Source: Antechinus flavipes
Taxonomy: Eukaryota
Direction: 5' to 3'
Length of the DNA: 64,000 nt
NCBI RefSeq assembly: GCF_016432865.1
Contig: NC_067398.1
Span: 78,802,001 to 78,866,000 of the forward strand
The translations under genes and the position numbers were made by a program. Below, piece by piece: positions 25,263 to 35,799 of the stretch; position 1 is the first letter of the stretch; each line of letters starts with the position of its first letter. Under the pieces are notes generated by a model. The model had not been told where the DNA came from. It searched no databases and saw only the letters and a program-made list of their open reading frames with translations.

Positions 25263-28200
25263 ACCTTTAACTAGTATACCAAACAGGAATATCATACATC
25301 TTTTCTGCCTATCTATATCAAATGACTAATATTTGATAATCATTCCTACTTTGTGAACGACACTTTAAATTCTAAAGCTATATAAGTGTGTACATCGCCA
25401 GAAGAATTTATCACCATTATTACATTGTATTTTTCAAAGAACTTGTCTACTTAGGGATACCTAAAATGTAAACAAGCAAGACATAAATATTTGTAAATGC
25501 AAATAATAATGCACTACCTCAGTATAAGAGAAATCAGAAGGCCATGCAATCATTTCTTGCCAAACACATATATCCAGCAATAATTGCTATAAATGTGCAG
25601 TTGATATAAAGAACACTGTTGTCCATAGTGGATTCCAAAAAGGCTTCACAAAAGAATCAGGAAGTTTTTAAAAGCAAGATTTTACTTTAATAGTTGCAAA
25701 AAGTTCCAACAGGATATGAAATAAATAATACCTGATAAAAGCCAGAAAATTTCTGATGACCTTCATCATAATAGTTTTGAGAAAATGTAGGTTTTTTGTG
25801 TGTAGGGATTTTTTTATTCATTGCATTTGTATCTATATATCTATCATATAGTAGGCATTTAATAACTTATTATTAATTAGGATAGAAACTAGATTTGAAG
25901 GCATTAAATTGAACCAGGACAATCTCTGCTTATCAGATTCCCCATCTCCAGTACTACCTCCCAGTGTTGGAAGCTTAACTCAAGGCCCAAGTAATTTTTT
26001 CAACCTATAGTCTATACTTTACAACTTACACTCATATACTGTCTAGGAACAATTTAGTTTGATAGAAACTGGGAAGAACATAGCCTAGAAAGAATTAGGA
26101 AACCCAGATTTAACTGATAGCTCAAATTATATGTAGTATGGACCATGAACAAGTCACAATTACATCATGTCTATGAGCCTCAGTTTCCTGTCTTTAAAAT
26201 GGGGAGGGGCAGCTAGGTGGAGCAATGGATAAAGCAGCAGCCCTGAAGTCAGAAGGACCTGAGTTCAAATCTGGTCCCAGACACTTAACACTTCCTGTCT
26301 GTATAACCCTGAGCAAGTCACTTAACCCCAATTGCCTCAGCAAATAAATAAATAAATAAATGAAATAGGGATGATATACTTGGACTGTCAATTTCACAAG
26401 GTTGTATTAATCAGAATGTTTTAAAAATCTTAAAGCATCATATAATATGAATTTGAGGGAGTTGATGCAGTTTCTAGTTCTAAACAGCACAGCCCCATCC
26501 CACTGAGTCAATGAGCAATAGAAACTGCCACCAAGAACATTATTGGGAATATTTCAGTTGAGGTCAGTTACTTTCAAACCATAGTGATTTGCAGATTTGT
26601 TTTGTGACAGACCAGCACATCTTGAATCCCCTTGAGCCAACCTTTAGGAATTTTCGGAACAAAAGCAATTTTAGCTGACTTTATTAAATCAACATAAACT
26701 TCACAGTCCTTTTTTTTTTTCCAAGTCCTGCACTTTTGTGCAGGCAGTGTGGGAAATCAAACAACTCGTTGGTAGCTAAGAGCCAAATGAAGGAGACAGC
26801 ACTCTGCTTCAGTGGGAGCCCCCAAATCCTAGGTTTATGTATATACATGTGTGTGTGTGTGTGTGTTCCTGTATCTTGTACCTTAATCTGAATTAAAAGA
26901 AACAAAACTGCTTCTTTGTGGCCTCTTCAGGCTGTGCCATCTCCAAGCCAGACTCAATAACCCAGATTGAACAAGGAGAAAAGCCAGTCATCAGCCATCA
27001 GGGGAACTCAGAAACAGGAGGTTATGCAGTCTGCTTCAGTGATAATGAGCATCTTGATGTGAAGAGCATAGAAGTGCAGCCATTTGGGGGTGAGTTAGGA
27101 GGAGGGGAAAGAGTGAAACTCAAGGTGGCACATTCTGATTTTTGCTCCCTAATAAGTCTTGCTTTCTTGATAGTCTGAGCTAGAACCTGATATCAGGGCA
27201 ACACTGAGCTTCAAGAGATCTCATAAAGAAATCATTCAGGGAAGGCTACAAGGCATCTTTACTTTAATCTTTACTTAAACACACAGAGATGAGTTCTGTT
27301 CTATTTTTCCTATCATGATTGGGAAATCTGAACTCCTGAATTCCAAGAAGTAAAATGAAACTTGTCATTGGTTGAGGAAGCCAGTGTTCAGCATCGGTAG
27401 GAAAGACATTACCTCATTTTTTGCTGTTGCTTGCCAATAGATAAATAAGTCAAGGACTCTATAGGGGTTAAAATTTAAGATTTTGCCCCCTATGAAGAAG
27501 GGTTGGCTTCCCTGTTAAATCTGCAAATTAGGAAAAAGGCAAAGGTTTTTTTCCTATTAAGCTAATGGAATTACCATTTTTTTAATTATCAAAAGTAAGC
27601 ATATTTGAAATAAAAAATAAGATAAAAGCCCTAAGAGAAGGGTGATTGTATCCATTTCAGGACAAAAAGATTGTGCTTATCTGATTTTCTTTCCCAAAAG
27701 TAAGTTCACCATGTCCAGTAACCAAAGTTTTTTCCTGAAAACATATGTTCCAACATGAGTGCCCATGGCCACATAGGGAGTAAGCATCAGAGCCAAGACT
27801 TAAACCTAGTAACTGGTCCAAAGGTCCTCAAAGTCTCTTGAACCTTCTCTCAGGCAGCCATGAGTTGCTGACCAGGTCTTTGTTTTTCATTCCAGGGGAT
27901 TCTGAATCTTCAAGACAAGAGGAGAGCCACAGACATGATCTTCAAAACCAGAACTGGGCTGGGCCCTTGCCATTCCACTGCAGTGTGTGCAGCAAGGGCT
28001 TCACCCACAAGTCTCAACTAGCCAATCACATTAGAGTTCACAGGCCAAAAAAACACTTCCAGTGCACTGAATGTGAAAAGAACTTTGCCCAAAAGTCCCG
28101 ACTGCTCCGACACCAGCGCCTGCACACGGGGGAGAGGCCCTTCCAGTGCCCTGAGTGTGACAAGAGCTTCCACCAGAAGGGCCATCTGCTCAAGCACCTG

Positions 28201-28605
28201 CCCCTGCACACAGGGGAGAGACCCTTCCAATGCCCCGAGTGTGACAAGAGCTTCCGAGCAAAGGGGGACCTGAAGGCCCACCAGCGCCGGCACAGGGAGG
28301 AGAAGCCATTCTCCTGCAGCGAGTGTGGGAAGGGCTTCACCACGCATCATTACCTCACTGATCACATCAGAATACACACCGGGGAGAAGCCCTTCCACTG
28401 CCCCGAGTGTGGCAAGAGCTTCCGCATGAAAGCGGACATGAGAGTCCACCAGCGCAGACACAGCAAGGCCAGGTCGTTCTGCTGCAGCGAGTGCGAGAAG
28501 GCCTTCCCCAAGCAGTCTGAACTCACAGACCACAGCAAGGTGCACACCAAGAAACAGCACTACAAGGGCCTGCTCTGTGGACTGATGGACCTGGACTGGG
28601 GCTGA
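11152..28605 (+). CDS. KRAB-C2H2 zinc-finger gene 2 (ZNF786-like) with internally duplicated KRAB modules; simplest intact product 392 aa, 7 fingers
   Basis: Exon 1 11152-11175 (MAPEAPVP) joined to 22619-22745 (KRAB-A), 24419-24577 (KRAB-B a), 26931-27089 (KRAB-B b) and 27896-28605 (7 C2H2, ends [10 protein letters not shown]) gives 1179 nt in frame. This is the only promoter/exon 1 found upstream of either module. Which exons are actually used is not known. Confidence 0.75.
12570..13215 (-). mobile_element. L2 LINE RT-region fragment in intron 1 of gene 2 (duplicated at ~21705-22215)
   Basis: Minus-strand remnants of the L2 'HSTETALxKV...NG.FS' region; + strand gaggaatgagaaaaagccattacatttg. 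Confidence 0.65.
15950..16190 (-). mobile_element. L1 ORF2 C-terminus/3' fragment (duplicated at ~24950-25190)
   Basis: Minus-strand translation [25 protein letters not shown] resembles the L1 ORF2 C-terminus. Confidence 0.75.
19431..20920 (+). mobile_element. L2 LINE ORF2 (RT) remnant
   Basis: Translation [13 protein letters not shown]...VFDTADHSL resembles the L2 RT motif STETALxKVTNDL...AFDTVDH; pyrimidine-rich sense strand. Confidence 0.8.
22619..28605 (+). CDS. Second, intact KRAB-A + 2x KRAB-B + 7-finger module of gene 2 (no promoter or exon 1 of its own)
   Basis: Exons 22619-22745, 24419-24577, 26931-27089, 27896-28605; canonical AG/GT, correct phases, no stops. Confidence 0.88.
26206..26362 (+). 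mobile_element. WSINE1-type tRNA SINE, present only in duplicate copy 2
   Basis: GGGGCAGCTAGGTGG...ccccaattgcctcagc plus (AAAT)n tail; imperfect TSD aaatgggga/aaataggga; empty site at ~17195 in copy 1. Confidence 0.88.
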
Positions 28606-29181
28606 GGCAGAACCCATGGTGTGCAAAGTGGGGCTGTGAAAGTCAAGGAATATTATCTAGTCCCAATTCTACTACATCACTGGTCATTCAGCTTGTGCTG
28701 GAATATCCCTAGTATCAGGGACCTCATTACCTCCTCTTTGACCCCCATTCACATTACAATTCTGAAATATAATCTGGCCAATAAAGTGAGTGATGAAACT
28801 GGCTAATGCTAAGTTTTTCGTTTGTTTTTTTCCCACAAAGTAATGATGTTTGTCTTATATATCTCATAAGCTAACTCTAAAGAGTATACGAAGATGTCAC
28901 ATTTATTTATCTATCCACTGCTGAAACACCTTATCATTCTTTCATTACTTTCCAGAAGCCAAAGAATTTATTTTTGAAAGCCTGAGACTCATTTCTTAAT
29001 AAAGTTAAATATGAAATTGTCAAGCTAACAGAAATGGGATTTTTTCTCCTGCTAGTCCAAAGCCTGAACAGGTGGTTCTAGTGGTCATCTGGAGAATCTG
29101 AAAGCCCTGTACAACGTGGTCCTGAAAAAATGCAAGGCCCTGTGCAATGGGATGGCTTTTCTGTAGTAGTTTATTACTGAC

Positions 29182-29187
29182 AATAAA
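29182..29187 (+). terminator. Candidate poly(A) signal of gene 2
   Basis: AATAAA in context gacAATAAAagagcatctctg, homologous to the gene 3 site (caacAATAAAacatctctg). Confidence 0.55.
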
Positions 29188-30210
29188 AAGAGCATCTCTG
29201 AATATAGAAAGATATTTCAAAGTGAAGATTCAGCCGCCATGTATAATATCTTCCCCAATTTGAGGCAGTGTCTGTATTAAACAGACAATGAGGGAAGATG
29301 TGATTGAAATAGAAAAAGTGGTGTTACTCATTCTGAGAAAGATTGCTCATGTATGATATGCATAGGAACAAGGAAATCACAGGGGAAGCTTGGCAATTAC
29401 TGTTTTCCTAAAAGCTTTGACAACACCCTGTAAAACAGTAGCCCCTTGTTGAAATATACCTGCAAAGGCTTCATGAAGCATTTTGAGCTGGAAATTAGGA
29501 AATATTCCTGGAGGAAAGTGTCCTGGGGAATCTAGTGAGACCAAATTTATTTATTTGGAGAAAAAGTAACTGTATGGATATTATTGAGAAATGAGATTGT
29601 TGCGGTGGCAAGAAGGCACAGAAACTCAAGTTTAGGGGCTTAGGTTTGAGAGAGGCATTGGGATGTGATGGGGAGAAAAACAACAACCAGGATTTTAAAT
29701 AGACAAGACATAAAGCTGGATTACTCCCCTGAAATCTATCAGCTTTCTGTCCTCCAGCATACCATTTACCTACTCTTAACTTTTACTTCCTCAATTTAAC
29801 TCTGGAGATAATAATACCTATGGACCTACTTCCATGAATTATTGTTGGGCTTCAACTAGATAATGCCACCTTCAAAGCTATTGTAATTCATTGAGAAAAT
29901 GTTTACTAAGCATCCTTTGTGTATTAGGAACCACAGTGTAGTCAGTGCACTTCTCACATTAACAATAATGGACAAGACTTTCTCCACCAGTCAGGATCTC
30001 TAAGGCTATCTCTGCCCTACATCTTTCCATGCTGCAGTCCTCTTAAAATTCACCTGCAAGATTACGGTTTCTTAAGCACTATCTTATTGCCTTATTCCCG
30101 TGGCTGGAAGTTTCAGGTCCATTTCCCTTCTCATAAAATATGGGCTCAGCCTGAGGGGATTCAGGCAACTGAAAAATGAGATTAGGGTTCTTGCTAGTCA
30201 GAGAATTAAA

Positions 30211-30951
30211 TGATGAGGCTAATGGCAGGTTTGGGGTTCAGGGAACCAAATAAAGAGGTTTGGCTCCCCTAAAACCCCTTTAGGATCGGCACAAGATAGG
30301 GAATTGTGGGAACCCCCTTCTGGCAGCACAGAGGTCCTTTGTAAAGGAATTTACAAACCTGAAAACTAGACTGATAAAAAGAAGTTTATTACAGGCATTG
30401 GAAAGTCAGCCTTTGCTATGCATGAATAGAAAGGCTGAATTCCTTAGTAGCAAGTCTGACAGAGAAGTAAAGTTTCTAGTAGAGAAATCCTGACAGAGAT
30501 AAGTCTCGTTAGGGAAATAGGTGAGAGAGATAAAGAGAGGGTAACTCTGAAAGGGAGTATCTTTCCAGCAGGCAGAGTTTTCTAATATGCCAGGAAAAGA
30601 GAGAGTTTCCTTGGCATGGCATATTACCTCCTCTGCAAGGACTGAGTCCAAGTTGACTCTTTTTATGTTCAAGCTGGGTTTCAGAAAGCTTGAACTGGAA
30701 TTGAATAGAAAATGTTCAATTGAATAGGGTTGGAATTCTCCAGCTTAGGACTCAACCAGACCCACCTAAATAACAGAATGAAGCTGTTTGCCCTCGGGCG
30801 GGGTTTTTACAGTGGCAGGATTCAAGGAAGATTTGTCCTTCAAGGAGTTTTAGAGTTTCGGGACTCCATTCGTCAAGCTTATTGAGTTTGCCATGACCTG
30901 GCTTCTTGCATCCTCCTAAAACTCTTATTAATCCCTCATTCTGGATCATCA
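30211..30951 (-). mobile_element. Solo ERV LTR (antisense); 5' boundary uncertain, 30951-31010
   Basis: TG...CA ends with TGATGA/TCATCA; minus-strand AATAAA (~30383); 3' end ...gggggttcccacaa...ctgccattagcctcatca shared with the element ending at 33316. No clean TSD found. Confidence 0.55.
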
Positions 30952-32212
30952 CCTCCTATGCCCACTTTGCCCACTCCTGCATCTAATAAACGGATTTGAA
31001 GGAAATCTCAAAATCAAATTAACTAGACTTAACACAAACTAATACTGACTTCAACTGGATCCTAACTAATGTTCAGTATTCATTTAATCTGACTTCTTTT
31101 TGTTCCCTATTATACTATATTGCTTCTAACATTTATTCCAAAACTAAACACTCTCCTTAGTTCAAAACATTTCTGCACCTATACCTTCCTCTCCACCCTA
31201 AAATAGTTGTACCCTGGTTCATAAGTATTTACTAAATACCTCAATGGAAGAAGTAATCCTCTTCCTTTTAAGGGTTCCTGACTCCTACATCCAAGCTCAT
31301 GAGGACAATTTCTTTCTTATACTCTGAGTCAGTAGGATAAGACATTCCATTCCCATTACTTACAGGACCAAGAGAAGATAATGCCACATTTTTTGCACTC
31401 TGATTACAGCCACTTATCAACAATTGCTATTCCCAACTCCCTTTATGACTTTTAGATGGCATTCACTTAAGCCACATAATTTTTCTGTTATGTATCTCTA
31501 GATAACTTTCCTTCTTAATGGATTTTTAGGACTTGGTTCAGTTAACAAGCATCTATTAAGCACCTACTTTCTGCCAGGCATTTAATTAAGTTCTGGAGAT
31601 CCAAAGACAAAAAATGGAAAAGTCCCTACCTTTAAAGCCCTTCATAATTTAGCTGCTTCCTATCCTTCCAGTCTTCTTGCTCCCCAACATGTACTCTTCA
31701 GTTGATGATGCTGCCCTCCTAACTATTCCATGAACAAGGCATTGCATCCCTTAGCTTGGACATTTTCTGTGACTGTCCTCTATGCCTGGAACTTTATTTT
31801 CTCTTCAATTACTGACCTTCTTAACTGTCTGTATGTCCCAACTAAGATTCCTTTTACTGGAAGCCTTCCCTATCCCTTTTTAATTCTAGTGCCTTCCATC
31901 TGTTAGCTATTTCCTATTTGTGCAGTATACCGTTTATTCTGTTTATATTTGTTTGCATGTTATCTTCCCCATTCCACTGTAAGCTCCTTGAGGGCAGGGA
32001 TTCTTTTGCCTCTTTTTGTATCCCTAAGGCTTAGCACAGTTCCTGACTCACAATAGGTGATTAATATGTTTGTTGATTGATCAATTGATTAAACATGATT
32101 ACATTCTTTTTGAACTTTAAAAAATCTGAGTTTAAGTAATAAGAAAAAGAAATATTACCATGTTAAATAGAGAGGATTATAAGCAAAATTGTGTATCTAT
32201 TATGCTTTTTAA

Positions 32213-32213
<1 letters not shown>

Positions 32214-32252
<39 letters not shown>
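32214..32252. repeat. (TA)n microsatellite
   Basis: About 19 TA units. Confidence 0.95.
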
Positions 32253-32256
<4 letters not shown>

Positions 32257-32909
32257 ATTTTTCCAAAATTGTCCTAATTTGTGTTTCTTTTTGAACTTTG
32301 TTCTCTTTTGGTATTTCTTAAAATGTTTCAATGACTTGATTTTCTTTTAGAGGATAATACTATCAGTAGCTCACATTTTCTTTCTGCCCCCCAAATTCCT
32401 ACTAAATAAAAAATTCACATTTCTTGCAATAAATAAGCATCATAAAGCAAAACAAATCCAAAACAAATTACATGTCCAAAACATATACTTAACACTATAC
32501 CTTGAATCTATCACTTCTTTTAGGAATTAAGCAGCATGCTTCATTATCAGTTCTTAGTGGTAGTTAATTAGAATTCTTAAGTCTTTCAAGTTGTTTTTCT
32601 TGATAATGATTAAGATGGTTTGAAGGGTTTTGGAATTGTGGAGGCTAGTGATTAAGGAGGTGAAATTTGAGAAAACTTGTAATGCTAGAAAACAATTTGA
32701 GCATAAGGAGAACATTTTGGAAAAGTACACTTGAGAGTAAGAGCTGATGTGGGTAAACTCTGTAAAAAACTGTCTCCTTTTGATCAGTAAAATTAACACT
32801 CTGAAATTGTGTACCCTTTGATTTGTAAAGAAGGGAGATTGGAGTCTCAGATCCTCCTGGGAGACATATTTTCCCAGACAAGTTAAGTGGTCATCCAACT
32901 GGGCCTTTT

Positions 32910-33316
32910 CTAAGGCAAATCCCCCTCATTCAGGAAGCCTTAAAAGTGATTTCCATTCAATTGGAGATCTGGGCCTGGGGACTTTGGCTTTCTTTTCAAC
33001 CTGAAACCTGAGCCTCAGATTTTCCTATTAAAGGATATTTCTAAACTCCTGATCCTTGCAGAAGTCTCAAATAGGGCATAGCTGCCTGCCAGCACTCCTG
33101 TCCGCTGAGAAGATATTCTCTTCTCAGCAAAAAAATCTTTTTTTTAATTTCTCTAACAGGATTTTGCCACTGAAGAAATCAGTCTTTCTAGTAAAGCTGA
33201 CCTCATCCAACAACAAACTTCCCCTTTTGCCACCTAAAACTCTTCAGGTTTGTGAATTCTTTCAAATTTTTCAAAAGGCGATTCCCACAACTCTGACTGC
33301 CATTAGAACCCCATCA
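32910..33316 (+). mobile_element. Solo ERV LTR fragment related to the 30211 element
   Basis: 3' end ttcaggtttgtgaattctttc...ttcccacaactctgactgccattagaaccccatCA; 5' boundary uncertain. Confidence 0.5.
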
Positions 33317-34374
33317 GAGCCATAAGGAAGAAAGACTCAAAGGAGAAAATAGTTGGTAAACCAAAAAAAAAAAAAAAAAAAGTAAGAAAAAAAGAAAAGA
33401 AAATTATAAAATAAAGATGCTAGGAAGAGAAGGAAAAGAGAGTTGAATGAAATTATCTAACTGTTTAGGGGTGCTAGAAAGGCAAGGCATGATTACATTA
33501 ATTGAAATCACTCAAAAGCAGTTTGAAAGACAAAAACTCAATGTCTTGCCTTAGTGAAGGGAGGAAGCTTGAAGTTGGAGAAATCTTCAGGCTTCCAGCT
33601 TGTAGAGAAAAAACGTGCTTTTCCAGACTTTCTCCAAGTTCTTGGAGGGACCAAAAAATTCTGGATAGAAGCCAAGATGTAGAAGATCCAGACCTTGATC
33701 ATGTTCCTGATCCCAGCTTGATACACTAGAAACTTGAAATCTAAGACTCTCTTGCTTTAGCTGAATTATTTCATTCTCAGGGAGAGGGATCCTTCACTCC
33801 ATGTCTTATCTGACATATATTCTCAAATCTATACTTTCTCTAGATTTCTATTTTATTTCTATTTTGATACATGGGTTTATTTGCCATGTATATTCATTGT
33901 GAAACACATTTGGTGAGAAAAGGAAGTTTGTGACTTGTATACATAATTGGGGACACTCCTTCCCCATTAAAAGATAGTGATCAAAACACAACTTGAACCA
34001 AAAAAAAAGTATCTCTAGACTAACAATATTTAAGGCAAATAGATAAAATCCTATCTTGGTACCCCCTGTTTCTGAGAAGATCACAGTGGTCAATCTCTGG
34101 TCCCAATCCCCTGCTTCCTGGCAAGAATCAAAATCTCCCTTAAGAAAGAATCAGAGAAGAAGACTCTAGAGATGTCTACTCTTGCCTCTCTATGAATGAC
34201 ATCTAGATAGACCCAGGTAAATATGCATAAACTACATGGACAAAACATTGCATATCTCTTACATTTATATTTACAGATGATGTAATACAGATATTTACAG
34301 ATGGAAGAGATAGATAGATAGATAGACAGACAGACAGTTCTATATAGAAAGATAGATAACAGACTGAATGGACT

Positions 34375-34625
34375 GAATGGCAACGAGGATCCCAAAGATC
34401 TGGATAGAGTAGGATCTAGTTGTTTTACTCTGTTAATATAAAATGTAATAAAGATATATGTAAAGTCTTGCACTTGGATTTGAAAAATTAGCGTCATAAA
34501 AAACAGGGTAAGGAAAGCATGACTGGATGGACATTTATCTAAAAGAGAAATGAGAATTTAGTGAATCAAAAATGTGATTGTGATATGGCAGTCAAAAAAA
34601 GGTAATGTGATCTTTGACTTTGATT
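34375..34625 (+). mobile_element. L3/CR1 LINE RT 3' fragment
   Basis: gatcccaaagatctggatag...tgtaaagtcttgcacttgg...tgtgatatggcagtcaaaaaaaggtaatg matches CR1 ORF2. Confidence 0.65.
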
Positions 34626-35004
34626 CCAAATCTTCATCTAGATGTATCTCAAATTCAACACGTTCAAAGTGAAAATCATTAAATTTCTAACTATCCTTCC
34701 ATCACATTTCCCTATTTCTGTGAAAAGAACCACCAGCTTATCCCTTTCCCAGGTTCCCAACCTTGGAATCTTAATAGATTCTTTTCCTTCTTAACCTCAC
34801 ACATATCCAATTAGTTGCCAAATGGTGGTATTTAACACAAATCTTTTCTATCCATCCCCTTCTCTCTGCTCACTAGATTGTAAAGCTCCTTGAGGGCAGA
34901 GAACTGCCTGTTTTGTTTTGTTTTTTTACTTTTATTTGTACCCCAAGCACCTAGCACAGTTGCTGGCACATAGATGGCTCTTCAAATTGATGTGTAAAAT
35001 GATG

Positions 35005-35132
35005 NNNNNNNNNNNNNNNNNNNNNNNNNNNNNNNNNNNNNNNNNNNNNNNNNNNNNNNNNNNNNNNNNNNNNNNNNNNNNNNNNNNNNNNNNNNNNNNN
35101 NNNNNNNNNNNNNNNNNNNNNNNNNNNNNNNN
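35005..35132. other. Assembly gap (128 N)
   Basis: Run of N; true size unknown. Confidence 1.
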
Positions 35133-35334
35133 TATTTTATTGTCTCTCCCACCAGTAGAATGTTAGCTCCTCAAATGTTTGCTTCCTTCCCTCCTCCTTT
35201 TCCTCATTCTGTCCACATAGGGCATCACACCCTTACCTACAGATGCTCTTAAAAGCATTTCTTTTCTCTTTTGCACCTCTGAACCATCCCAAGATATTTG
35301 AGTTTACTGGCTTGAATTATTTCTTAAGGATCTT

Positions 35335-35720
35335 GCCTTAAACAAAACCCAGATGAATCTCATAAGCCACCAATGTCTTAGGCCAACCCCACTGGGTCCT
35401 TGTTTAGGTCCTAGCGGGGAGAGGGGGACTAGATAAAAGAGATTATTTGCCCCGGTTGCTGCCCAGCCTTAATCACTGAATGGGTGGTTACTTCGGTCAA
35501 ACGGAAGACTGGCTTAAAAAGACCTCGGTCTCCCACTACATCCGGGCCATCTCCAGTGCTCGCGGTCTCCATCTGGCCATTGGACTCAGGCGGCTCGGGA
35601 AGAGAAAATGAGGCAGGGGCCCCCGCACAGCACTGACTCTCTGCAATCTAACTCACTTGCCCGTCTGGCACCACCTCCCTGACGTCATGGCCCTCGTCCG
35701 GAACAAAGCACGAACAAGAC
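35335..35720. mobile_element. Marsupial SINE (WALLSI/Mar3-like, name uncertain) next to the gene 3 promoter
   Basis: aatcactgaatgggtg...ggtctcccactacatccgggccatctccag...caccacctccctgacgtcatggccctc...gaacaa matches a recalled abundant marsupial SINE. Confidence 0.55.
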
Positions 35721-35799
35721 GGAGTCCGTTTTTCTTCCCCTCCAGTGTACAGCATTGTGTGTTTTGCATATAGTAGGTATTTTACAAACTTAGTTTTTT

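Larger units (their letters stand above)
12673..28275 (+). repeat. Intragenic tandem duplication: copy 1 12673-21704, copy 2 21701-28275
   Basis: Collinear repeated blocks (KRAB-A, two KRAB-B exons, finger exon start, intronic repeats). At 21701-21704 the finger exon (…ggggacatGAAG) fuses to intron-1 L2 sequence (GAAGcagcctgaaaac = 12673 onward). Confidence 0.95.

Noticed and set aside
26206-26290. tRNA-like A/B box sequences
   Set aside because: Heads of tRNA-derived SINEs, not tRNA genes; no cloverleaf.
12673-28275. Possibility that the duplication is only two haplotypes assembled in tandem
   Set aside because: Regions with 7-15% divergence, copy-specific SINE and deletions, and a defined microhomology junction inside an exon argue for a real duplication; long-read confirmation is still advisable.
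28018-28626. Long antisense ORFs opposite the finger exons (also 6946-7235, 46125-46546, 56592-57263)
   Set aside because: Expected shadow of the C2H2 codon pattern; no independent start, splice or domain evidence.
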